From the NCBI RefSeq assembly GCF_964355755.1, contig NC_092675.1:2351812-2415811 (forward strand): a stretch of 64,000 bases of DNA, given 5' to 3'. Below the pieces are notes generated by a model, which saw only the letters and a program-made list of their open reading frames with translations, was not told the DNA's origin and ran no database searches. This document shows positions 24,201-36,249 of the stretch, piece by piece; positions within the stretch are counted from its first letter, which is position 1, and every line of letters begins with the position of its first letter. This DNA is from Antedon mediterranea (Eukaryota; Animalia; Echinodermata). Made by a program: the position numbers and the translations under genes.

Positions 24201-27200
24201 TTAGCAAAAATAACCAACAAATCTAAAAGTTCTCGAAATGAAATAGTTTCTTCTTCACGATTTCTAATCAAGTCAAACATTTGTTCAACAAAAAGTGAGC
24301 TTGGTAGCATGTCAAACGTATTGGCAAACTCAGATCTGGTCATTCTGAAATTCAAAACTTGCCGAGCATTCTGGGAATGGTCCGTCAAATACTTGAAGTC
24401 TATTTGATCTAAATCTTCGTTTAAAGCCTATAATATGATACAGAAAAATATATTCGTTAACAATAACTTTAAATTGGAAACTGTATTTTAGATATTATTT
24501 TCATTACGATGGGAAGTAGATCAAAAGACAATCGGCAACAGTTTCAAAACCCAAAACTGACATACGATAGTAATGATAATGGTTTATCATCTTACTATCC
24601 TCTTTCTTATTACTGGTTTTACCTGTGCAAAAACGACCTTTAAGAATCTTTCAAGGGTATTTTGACGCATTTCGCGTGTCATAGCATTTGATAATAACTC
24701 GTCATCACTGCAAGTGGTAGTCCAGTCCTTGATATCTCGTCCAGCTCGACTGTACATTATTGTAAGGTCTCCATAAAATGATTTGCAGTGGCGCTTTTTA
24801 TTGTAACGGAGGACCTAATAAAAAGTAAGAGAAACATCTTTATTCAAATGATATACTATATAAAATCTAAAACGCTTGTAACTCTTTTTCATATTGATGG
24901 TTAATGGTGAAGAGAACAAGAAACGAAAAAAAGTAAAAACAGAGAATGTGGAAGTTCATGCCAGCACTCAATTTCCAACAGTTACAATTTTATTTACTGC
25001 ACTAAGAATGTAAATAATGTCTAATGTAAAACTTACCAAATCATATTTATTAGGAGCGGTAAGTTTCATTAAATTACCACCTAAACCAAGTATGATACCT
25101 AGTTTTTCTTGCTCATTTATATTCAGATGATAGCGAACTTGGTTGCTTTCCCAACAAAGGACATGTATTTCCTGGCCTACTGTTACTCCAACGTGAACTC
25201 TATGTGGAACTTGTTTAGCGGAACACCACTCGAATGCTGAAAAAGAAGGAGGAGTATTGTAATGGTATCTGTCGCAGATAATGTAATGTAACTCTTCCAA
25301 AATAACTGTTTTCTTGTGACAATCGATACTCATTGACTGGATATTGGAGTTAGTAATGACACTTCACGAAAGAGATTCTACCATCAATTAATCAGTAACA
25401 AGACACATATAGTTATTTGAACTCTAGATTGAATTTTCTGAGCAACTCAGTCAAGAACTGATGGAATCTTCCTTTCGATCTCTATGTTTCGACGATGTGT
25501 AAAATTTTCATCAGTCAATGGAAGTGTAATTGTTGTTACTGTAGTGCCTCGGCGATGTTCAACTGTACCTCGGGTCTGTCATGTGACCATGAATGATTTA
25601 CTAACCTTTATATCTCTTGGTTTCTATGAATGTTTCTTCCACTTCTCGACGTAGTTGTTTTTGCTTTATAAGTAGATCAATCTGTGCTCGACATTGGGCA
25701 GCAATAAATAATATCAGAATGCATCCTACAAAAAATTAGTATAAAATCTTTGATATAGTGTTTAATCTTTACTCACAAAAGACGGTTGTAGGATAATAAC
25801 AGGAAACGTACACGCATACAAACGTCATACAAGAGTGCGTGAAAATCTTCTAAAAATAGAATATAGGCAACATATGCCTACCATTATAGAATTACCTGTA
25901 GGCCAGGCAATGAGTATACAAGCAAATGATACAAAGAATGTCACTTCACTTCCTTTGAAGTAGTCGTATGTTTCAATTTCAGGGCAGGTATTCGAGATTG
26001 AATCCAGTAGCTGTTGATCTGACTCAAGACTCCATTCTGGACATTTGTTCTCTAAATAAATAATACAAAGAAATAGAGCATATTCGACTAACCAGATGAT
26101 ATTACAGATAGGCCTATTGATACAAAACATTGAAATCATGAAAAAAGGAACATAAGCAGAAAACAGACATTGAAAAAAGAGTAGATGAAAGAAAAGCAGA
26201 TGAAAGAAGGGAAGATGAATGAAAAAAAGAAGAAACCAGATGGCAAATGAATAGCTCAAAGTAGAAGAAATAGATTGGGCATTATAAGAAATTAAGATGT
26301 ACTGTAATGTTACTATGGAAGCAAGATGAAGAAAAAGGAAAATATTACTAGACAGAAAACAACAGAAAGAGCAAAATACGATTAAAAGAGAGTGGAGATG
26401 ATGACAGTTTATTAATGTTACCAGTCATACTATGTTGCATTGTGTCTTCCAATAGTTGTTTTCTTACCTACATCAAAGTGATAGACATCCTTATCGATTT
26501 TAGATGCAGCTGCCGGGAATACACTATCCATTATATCCCAGAGAGTTGTATTGTTGATCGTTGTGATTTCAGAAGCTGTGAACAATCTGACAAAAGAGTT
26601 CAAATAAAATTCAGAAAAGAAATATCTCAGGAAGAATAAAATCCAACCTGGTTGACTTTTATGTTAATTCAAGAACTGAATTTCATCAAGCATCAACTTT
26701 TCGTATTTAATTTTCTTAAATTATTAAACAGATATCAAACTTTTTTTTCTGCCATTTGTTTATAAGCGTATAGTTTTATCGTTTCTTTTAAACAATATTA
26801 CAATTTTTATTTCATCAATACTGGTATTTGATTTTGAATGAAGTAACTATATATATTTATACTACGGTTTATGTAATGTGTAAGTGGTTGTAAGTTGTAG
26901 TTTGAAATAATTTCTTAATAAAGCTAACGTATATATTTAATATATATTTTTATATTTAAAACATCAGATTTAGATGTATTGTAGCCTACCCAATTGCTAT
27001 ACATACCCATTTTCTACATTCTCATACCAAAAGCGATCGGCATCTCGAATTCGTAAAAATTGATCAATTATTATACTCTGAAACAGCTGCCCAGGTCCAG
27101 AGTCGGTAGTTTCTAGAAGTCCTCCAATAAGAAGATCCAAACGTGAAGTATCCTTATAAATTTGTTTTACTTTATCTAATTCCTGTAAGAAAAAATATGA

Positions 27201-30200
27201 GCAACGCATTATAATGACAATAATTTTCATCAACCTCATTATTTTCAATATCATAATCATCGTCATAATTATAATTAATTTATCAATAATTAATAATAAT
27301 AATAATAATAACAGGATTTTTATAGCGCACATACCACTCAAGAGTGCTCAAGGCGCATTAAAAAAAAATAAAACAAATCATACAAATGCCCGACAAATAA
27401 AATGCAATTTCTTTGGAGAGTCCCCATCCGTTCTCGTTCTGTCGCGGTCCCGGACCCCTACCTAGGTGACCAAACAAAGGAACAGGATACACATTTGCCT
27501 TGCCACAGACGACCGGGTGCTCAGAGACAACAACCAAGACAGAGGCACCCCAAAGATAATGCTGGTCAGGAAAAAGTATACTATACAATTCTAGAACTTT
27601 AAGAAACCTCATGATTTCCATATGCCTTAATGAATAAATGTGTTTTTAATAATTTTTTAAAAGTATCAACAGTTTTGCAAAATCTGATAGAGCTCGGTAG
27701 AGCATTCCATAGACGAGGAGCAGTAACGGTGAAAGCTCTGTCACCCCATGAGTGGTGAGACTTAGGTTGATGTAGAAGCAGCGTATCACTAGAACGCAGA
27801 TTCCGTCTGGGAACATACACAGCCTAAGCATGTCAGAAATATATTCAGGAGCCATGCCATTAATAGACTTAAAAGCAAAGAGTAATATTTTAAAAACAAT
27901 GCGGTACCTAACAGGAAGCCAATGCAAAGTTTCCAAGGTATTTGATATGTGTGCATATCTTGGTAGTTTTTTAACAACTCGTGCCGCTGTATTTTGAATC
28001 AGCTGAAGCCTGTGGAGTTGTTTTTGTGGTAGCCCATATAGCAATGAGTTTCCCATATCCAGTCGTGAAGTGACAAAAGCATGAACAAGTTGTTTAGCTG
28101 CTGCCTCATTAATAAACTTTCGAATCCTTTGGATGTTTCGTAAGTGAAAAGACGACGTAGAAATAGTTTTTGAGATATGAGAAATCATAGTCATAATCAT
28201 AATCATAGAAGCTTGATGAATTCGTAAGGGCGTAATTCTCAACAAATAAAGTTACATTTTTAAATGTATTTATGATGGAACCATTACTTTTCCTTGTTAA
28301 AAATAAGTTGAATTTAAAATACCGTTATGTTGATCGCAACATTCTCCAAATCATTGAATGCTTCGAACGTTTTGATTGGTGCCATCTTATGCGATTTACG
28401 TGCGCTGTTATATGTAGGAAGGCCATGATCCCTTCCTCGTAAAATGTCAACGGCGGCCAAATCACGTGCTGTAAAATGTAATGGTCCGTAGAGATGGCCT
28501 AAAGAAGGAAAACATTTCAAGTTTCTGTTTGGTAAATCAATACACCTTATATTTTAATTCTATTGTGTAGTCTTGCGACAAGCGATGTTTCGACAATAAA
28601 ATGTTTTTCTTTTATTTTGAATTTTGAAGCTGGAGTGGTTTACCAATAGCAGGGTATGAAATTCGTGAAGAACGAGTTGTAGTTCTTAAGATGGCACGAA
28701 CTATGAAATGCCAGAAAAATGACAAAGGTCGGATTCTAATTGGTCAACGAATCAAGTGCACCCCTGAGAACTTTGATAGAACTTGGTTTATGATCAATTC
28801 TATTACATTTATTTGTGTCTTCGATAAAGATTTACGGGTTAAGAGTTTAATGCATAGTAACAATTATTGGGTCCATCGGGGCGAGTTTTGGAATGGATTA
28901 TGACGATTATTGTAAAGTTGAACTCTGTGAATGTTATAATGAACTTGAACATTACTGGAACAACAGTTCTTTGGAATTAGGAATATTCTATGTTTCACTT
29001 TCTTTATTATCTTACAAATAATAAATAAAATATAATATACTTGTAAATTCATCTTCAACTTTGTGGTCCTCAGAACTTGCCAACTGTGATGCCATGCCAA
29101 TGAACAATTCAGTAATATTGAGTTTCTTCATGTCTTCCTACAATGATGAAAAATCATAAAATTATGCTAAAATTGTAATTATAATTATTATCACACATGA
29201 TGTATAGACTTGGTATTAGACCTACTAAAGAATATGTTAAAATTAATCAAACTTCATGACACAATTAAAACATTTTAATTTATACCTACCATTGTTAGGA
29301 AATATGAATTGCAAAAGCTGGAAAGATTGCTAATCTGACTACTAACATCTTCTGTAGTGGAATTTCCTTTTCTGTATTGACAAGGTGAACCTCTGGAAAA
29401 TCAACGATAATTACATTTAAAGCTCTGTCTAATCAAACTAGTTTGACAGTAAGGTATAAAGCACGGTTGCTATAACCACTATCTTTCCACTAACGCATTC
29501 ATAATTACACCGTCCTCATCCCAAGTAATTAATTCTCTCATCTTTAGGACATCAGTTCTTTACTTCCGAATCTTCTTTAAATTGATCTTCAACATTGAAC
29601 TGAGGTATTGCAGGATATGTCAATGGATTACCTTAATAGACGAGGTAGTTATAGTAGACAATATGCATACCTTGGTATAATCGCTTTTGGTATAAGGGTG
29701 TGTCCATACCGCATTGCTGCTGATTGAAACTCGTGTGAAATTCCAGGATGTACGTGATGTGATTGTCCTGTTTATAGAAAAAGAAAAAAGTTCAAATATT
29801 GATTACAACCATTATCAAAATAAGCCTATGGTTTGTATTCAATACTATTAGTAAAGATATTAGTAAAGATGATAATAATGATAATAAAATGGAATAATTA
29901 ATGTTTACCTGTATATGCTGTTATTGAATCTATTCCAAGATAGGCGGGTAACCAGTCATACAAAGTAATTTTCTAAATAGTAGAAGACTTAGCATTATTC
30001 TAATTAAAAGAATTATTGTTAATAGAAAATATACCATTATAATCTACTATAGTAATTGCAGGATAAGTTAACACACGTTACATTGACGAGGTCTGGTACG
30101 TATACGTGTATATTACATGTTATTCATAAGCAAAAAGTTACATACATAATTCAGCATATCTAGCTAGCATAACTAAAAGCCCTGCCAAAAGCTTTCTTTG

Positions 30201-33127
30201 AATTCACATAGTATACTTCAGTTACAGTTTAAACCTACCTGGAGACAAGCAATTACCCATTTCCTAGCTTCATTGTAAATCTTTTCATCTTTCCATTCTG
30301 GGTGTTTTCGTGACAAAGTGTTTGCCAAATGGTTATGCCAGTTTAACCAAAGAATTTGGAATGATAGCAAATATGGGTTTTGATGACCATGCCGGTTGCC
30401 TAGTTCTGTATTGAATTTTAAAATGGTTTTTTTATCAAACACCAAACGTTTACATTGAAGGACTTATAGTTTTAAGAAGCATAATATGAGGAATAAATAA
30501 TACTTATGTACGATATTAAAAGTTTCTTACTGAAAAAGGAAGCAAAATTATGTCCGTCTTTTGTCCGAGTTGGAATTGACATCTCTATACCATCCATATT
30601 TGCAGCGGGCCAAAAGCTGTTATCTGATTCTCCGGCTAAACGTCCACCCTTAAACTCTCGGAGAATGTTTGCTCGAACTTTGGAAGAACCATATATAGCA
30701 CTACCATCTATCCAAGGAGTGGCAGCATTAGTCTGTTTTTTTTTATATTATAATTAAAATAAAATACAAATGGTTATTGTTCATTGTAGTTGTCGTTGCA
30801 GATCATCACTAATTAGAATGACGACAGCAAATATAAAAAATTCTACGGGTTTTATTTCCTCTACCTCTGATAACATTACCTATCTTTCATGTATTTAGAC
30901 ACAGTTACTCACTATTCTGGCCGTAGATTATTTTATCCTTATATAATGATTCTGACTAATTCCATATGTTTTGTAATCATTATTACTCCATGCGGAATAT
31001 AAAAGTAGGTTACTCGGGTCATCCGGTCCAGATGGTAGCTTTCCACTATAATTGTTAGGCTATACGGTTGCTTGAAATAAAGTTTACTTTCCAGTACTGG
31101 TATTTATAAAATACGTACCTGTTGACGTGAATTAGATTTCCCAGTAGTCATATCATATCGACTTCTGTCAAATGGCATTTTACCGTTTCCCATTTTAGAG
31201 TAAAACTTGTGTTCGTTTGGTATTTTAATGTAAAACTTTTCAGGTGGACAACTTGCATCTCGCGTATCCACAATTTCATCAACAATAAATTGACCTAAAA
31301 AAGAAAACTTAATTACGTAATACCGGATGCATTTGATATTTGATTGAATGATGCAATTTACATAGGCCTACTGAAGACATACAGTATCTAGAAATACATA
31401 GCACCTACTGAACGAACTATAATGCGACATTCCATTTATTAAAATGATGGGGTTGTTATCGACAGGAAAGCGTAAGTAGCATTCCCAATTGGATATATAA
31501 ACTGTTTTTAAAAATGCAGTAGAGCCTAGTGAAATTGCTTACCAAAGAAGACCAGTAGGGTATTTTTGTTCATTTTAGAGAATCCAGAACTTACACCAGA
31601 CGTAATATGACAACTGATGTTTAGTGGATTTGGTCGGTATAGCCCGGAGGGCATGTACACACCATCACTATAGGCAGCTGGTATAGAACGTAATAGTTTG
31701 CTGTCTGAAATTCAAAAAAATTAGAAATAATAAAATTAAGTTATACCTAGAAGAAGAAACCATAGTGTCCAATAATATAAAAGTGATAAATTACGCTTTA
31801 TGTTGGAGAATAACCGGACATTCTGGGAAATTAGATTTTCTGGAAAGCAAGATAGACTTTCCGGAAACTTGAAATTCTGGAGAACCGGAAGTTTAAAAAG
31901 GAGATTGAACCGGAAATTCTGAATTTGGAGAATTGAACGGGACATTGTGAAATACTGGACATTCTGGAGAACAGGGTATTCAAGAAACCATAGTCATAGC
32001 ATTCTGGAAAAAAACACTGAACAACTACATTCTTGCGAACCGGACATTCACTCATTTTGAAAAACTATACATTTTTCCGAGCCGGACACTCTGTTAACCG
32101 AACATTCTCTAAAACTGGACTTACTGTAAAACGCACATTCTTGAAAACCGGATATTGTGGAAAAGCGGATCTATGGCCCACTAAACGCTTGTTTATACAG
32201 TGTATATAAACATCACACGCCTACTATGAAAAACCGGACATTCTGGAAAATTTAACATTAAACTGAAACACTGGACATTGTGGGAGAACGGTTTTTGAAT
32301 TTGAATACCAGTTTAAAAACTACTACTCAATGATTGAATCCACAAATCCAACCTCTGTTCCTAATGTGTAGAACTCTGTCGAAAAACGGTGTATTCCTTA
32401 CGGAATATTTGGTAGTATATATAGTTTTAAAATACTAACCTCTCAAACCCCACATATTGTGTAAGCTATGTCCTAGTCCATCATAACTTGGATATTCTAT
32501 AAAATTAAACAATTATATCATTATTTGAAATAATACTAATTATAATAGCGCAATTTATATTTATCATCAGTCATTATTACATTCAAACAAGAGCAAAAAA
32601 AAAATTAAAATCTTGTTAGACATTCACATAGTCGCTTCAACGATCAGTTTACAATTTTAATAAAACGATGTGGGCCCGGAATGAGATTTTTTCGGTGAAC
32701 TGAATAATATGCCCATTGGAAGTATTTAATTATTTCCTTGGATAGTCAGTAACCGGTTATTGAACTGGATGCAGCAACCAGGAATTCGACAAGCTAGGAT
32801 TCAAGGAAAGCTATCGCCGGTACTGTTTGTGACTTTAGGTACCAATACCATGAATGCACCCAAAGAGTGTAACACGATGAATTAAATTGACGCCATCGTC
32901 AACACACTCATCATGTGACATAAGCAATATTAGAATACCGTTTTCTTCATTTACAAAATAGTATCACCATCAACACAACTTATTAACAAAATCTTATCTG
33001 AAGTATACTAAGGATACAAATTAGCCAACTTACCTATATAATACGGTGTGGTCGTATTCACACTTTGTTTTGAAACAGTGAACATGGTTGTTCCAATGAG
33101 TATACACAACGTACAATAAAGATTCAT
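18229..33127 (-). CDS. DUOX: Dual oxidase paralogue A (signal peptide, peroxidase-homology domain, TM, degenerate EF-hands, 6-TM ferric reductase, FAD/NADPH domains); 30 coding exons, ~1570 aa
   Basis: Exons in transcript order: 33034-33127 ([15 protein letters not shown]..), 32440-32496, 31543-31704, 31119-31294, 30531-30732, 30239-30405, 29909-29972, 29671-29767, 29290-29392, 29041-29137, 28323-28498, 27007-27182, 26468-26586, 25896-26051, 25606-25725, 25037-25236, 24623-24814, 24199-24427, 23848-23941, 23556-23731, 23057-23255, 22538-22740, 21742-21972, 21317-21460, 20832-21113, 20301-20530, 19688-19846, 19043-19198, 18474-18602, 18229-18351. All phases join with no stop. Motifs: [54 protein letters not shown]. 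Confidence 0.93.
18931..18991. repeat. 19-bp tandem repeat x3
   Basis: (TAAACCCAGGATCCCCCTT)3. Confidence 0.85.
19914..20080. mobile_element. MITE family 2 copy
   Basis: TAA|AGCTTGGTTCCCACTAG ... CTAGTGGAAACCACGCT|TAA. Confidence 0.8.
20097..20250. mobile_element. MITE family 1 copy, adjacent to the family 2 copy
   Basis: AGCCTTGTATACACTATCAAAC ... GTTTGATAGTGTAGACAGAGCT, flanked by TTA. Confidence 0.8.
23357..23530. mobile_element. Palindromic MITE (family 3)
   Basis: GCCTTTCACATCTGTTCCTGCACGGTTCCGGTC..CAAATCAAATCG..CAATGTTTCGTTTTCA mirrored by TGAAAACGAAACATTG..CGATTTGATTTG..GACCGGAACCGTGCCGGAACAAGTGAAAGAC. Confidence 0.75.
27286..28185 (-). mobile_element. 5'-truncated, frameshifted L2-clade LINE in a DUOX-A intron
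   Basis: ORF2 C-terminus [49 protein letters not shown], frameshift near 27815 into [39 protein letters not shown]2-type 3' end GCGCCTTGAGC..GTGCGCTATAAAAAT plus (ATT)n tail. Confidence 0.9.
31810..32290. repeat. Degenerate ~20-bp repeat array (ACCGGACATTCTGGAAA-like)
   Basis: Many variants of CCGGACATTCTGGAAAA across a DUOX-A intron. Confidence 0.7.
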
Positions 33128-35852
33128 CTGAAATTGTAGTATCATGCACATTATTCCACAAAAAAAGAAGAGTTTAAAACGTACTAGGCCTACAATCCGA
33201 TGAATTGACGAAAGTCAACGTTAAGATAAACAGTTTTGAAGTTTAGGTCTTAAGACAATCACCAGCTGTTCACCCGAGTAGGTAAATTACAATGGCGAAT
33301 TCCAGCATATAGGGAAAATGTTGGTCCGGCATGTAGGGCTACTGTAAGCGAAGTCCAGCATGTACGGCTACTGTAAACAGAACAAAGCAAGAGCAATAGA
33401 TGAGATTTAACTTGCATCAGCGGTGAAATCAACCGACTAACCAACTCGCTTGCCTGCTAAAGCACTGCTGTGAAACACCTCTTTGAACACCTTTTGTTTA
33501 TTTTGTTGTAATTGGCCGATTCGCGCTCTGTTTTTATCTTAGACTGATTCAACTCCAATGTGTTATTTGTTCTGTGTGTTTCTTTTGTTTTGTGATCTAT
33601 TCTCTTCTACTACACGTAAACGCGAATTAACTTACGTTAATTACAAATTTATTGAAAAGATCATGAGTATCATTAAAGATACCATAAACCTGTTAACTTT
33701 CCTTGGCACCAGCAATGATTAGGGATCAATATTACAGTGTCACTCATCGGGTGCACTCTCACATGTTATGAAAAACCATATACAGTTAATTCTCATACGA
33801 AATATAAGAATAAAAAATTCGCAACTCGTGCAAGAATGTTCTTCTTATAATTATAATTATTAGATGATTTTCGTATACAATACTATGATATAAAACTTTG
33901 AACATGATGATATAAACATTTTACGTCACATTACGTGTATTTATCATCATATCTTTTCATATATGTTGTGTTAACTGTACTGTTCAGTACAGTATGAAAA
34001 CAATATTTCCATGGATTAATTTATTTATTTTATTCATTCAATTTCTGCCATATACAATATAAAGAAAAAAATAAAACGAAATATAAAAGGCAAGGAAAGA
34101 CCAAATAGGTGCTCTACAATTAAATCATCTACAAGAAGCGACCAACTACAAACATTTTCAACATCAAAATTATTTTAAAAATAAGTATTTAGATAATTTT
34201 AATCATTTAGTTTTAAAGAACAGATATATCTAAGTTATCTAAATTCAAAGACTGAACAATGTGAAATGTAGTGATTCTGACTGATGTTATAGCCTTTGAA
34301 TAAATCCCGAATGAACTAACTTAACTACAAAACATATATTTATATTAAGGGGGACAGATGGCTAATTAAGTGGTACGTCCATATCCCAATTTACTTTTGT
34401 TGGAAGACCAACCTCAGGAATGTAGTGTGTTCCAATTATAAGTAGACATCGGGGAGAGTATGGGGTGAATCACCTATGTGACTATCATAATTGTTGGTAG
34501 GTCTACAAGCCCTAGGCCTACTAAAAGAATTGTAGGCCTACCCATAATAGTAATTTGGATTTACAGTGGGAAGTTTATAGCCTACATAAATACAGTAGTA
34601 GTATTAATTAAGGACCTTCGAGAAATATCATAATTATTATCATAACTTATTATGATATCCTTTTTTTGTATTATTAATGATTAATGAATATAATTATTTG
34701 GTATTTTTTTCTTGTCTTTGTGATGGAAAAATTAAATAAAATTTTTCCTCCCTTAATATAGGATTGAATCAATCATTTGGCACACTTAAAAATGTCCCTG
34801 TCCCCTAATGTGGATTTCTAATGGGAGTTGCCGTAAGTGTTAAACATCCCCTCGTTTTTCGCGGGAAAGTTTCCTTGATAGGAGAGAGTCTACTGTATAA
34901 ACAAAAACATAAAAGCTAAATTAAACAACTTACCTTTGATTGTATGACCCATGAGATAGTATTTATAATAAACTAGAATTAACGTATAATAATATATCCA
35001 TGAAATGCTATCTGTCCGTATAATAGTTAAATTGTCTTTTAATTATTTCATCATCGCATATATACTCTGACATTCGTGGATTCTGATTGGTTAATTCACC
35101 TGTCCTTTAAAGGTTGATCAAAGTAGTGAGCGCAAACTCCGACAAAAGTAGTCACTAACATATGGTATTGACCAGTAAAATTAAAGGAAGTCTCAGGTTT
35201 AAAAAACTGTGTTTATTCCAAGAAAGTATTGTTTAGAAGTATATTATTTCTTCAACAGACGGCTGTATGGATACTTGAGCTATGTTAATGAGATTGTTAA
35301 TTAATTCAGAGTTACTCTTTGGGACGTGACAAGTGGATTAGTTACGACACTTCAGAATACTCTATACTCATCTCCTGTTTGTTCTGTTTTTACAAGTTTT
35401 CCCTGACTAGTATTTTCGGAAGGAATACTAATTTTACCGGCTATAAATATTACTCATATGCATATCCTAGTTTTAATTACTAAGTTTTACTACTTTTAGA
35501 TGAGTTTCTCATCAGCTATAAAGATATGTTATGCTTTCAGACATGTTTATTTGGCCTAATAAATATTTAACCAATTTGAGAATAAATAGGAATATAGGAA
35601 TTCGTATACAGTAAGTGTATATTTTGTTTTAGCAGTTCCTGTTCCTACCTCACAATGAAGCTATGGCAACCAATCAACGATGATGATACTTGACCATGAC
35701 GTAAAAATGTCAATGTCTAATCGTAGATCCCCGTTATATAATTTTTTAAATTGTTATCGTTAATATTCATAGAAAAGAAACTCACTAAAATAAGAGCCGA
35801 GATAATTGTAACTTTTTCTTTTCTTCTTTTAAAATTGTGAATTTGTAATTAA

Positions 35853-36010
35853 AGCTCTATCTACACTATCACACTTTGTGTGACAAAAAAGGTGATGTGC
35901 CCATATATGGACATGATGATGTCATATCACTACCATATTTGGGTATATCACTACTATATTTGGTAGATTACACGTTTTTGTCAAACTAGTTTGATAGTGT
36001 AGACAGAGCT
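35853..36010. mobile_element. MITE family 1 copy
   Basis: AGCTCTATCTACACTATCA ... TTTGATAGTGTAGACAGAGCT. Confidence 0.8.
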
Positions 36011-36148
36011 TAGGAGTTCAAATCATATCATGGTGCCAGGATTTTCCTCATGACAAGAACTTCACCCTCAAACTCAAGGAAATATTATATCATATATTCT
36101 TGCCTGTATAAAATTCGATATTGATCAGATTTTCTATTTAGATCTTTA

Positions 36149-36249
36149 AGCTCTGTCTGCACTATCAAACTAATTTGACAAAATATATATATATATATGG
36201 ACACATCACATTTTTTTGTCACAAAAAGTTTGATAGTGTAAACAGAGCC
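36149..36249. mobile_element. MITE family 1, internally deleted copy
   Basis: AGCTCTGTCTGCACTATCAAACT ... AGTTTGATAGTGTAAACAGAGC. Confidence 0.75.

Noticed and set aside
26052-26400. Hydrophobic Phe-rich N-terminal part of ORF 25825-26259
   Set aside because: Low-complexity purine-rich intron; only 25896-26051 is a DUOX-A exon.
18229-33127. DUOX-A as a pseudogene because of its divergence
   Set aside because: All 30 exons have GT-AG borders and compatible phases, total 4713 nt with no internal stop found, and catalytic oxidase motifs are intact.
34934-35010. Possible upstream coding exon of DUOX-A (strong AAAG|gtaagt donor)
   Set aside because: Its ATG frame is phase 1 and does not fit the phase-0 ATG exon at 33127. 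It may be a 5' UTR exon, but the sequence alone cannot show that.
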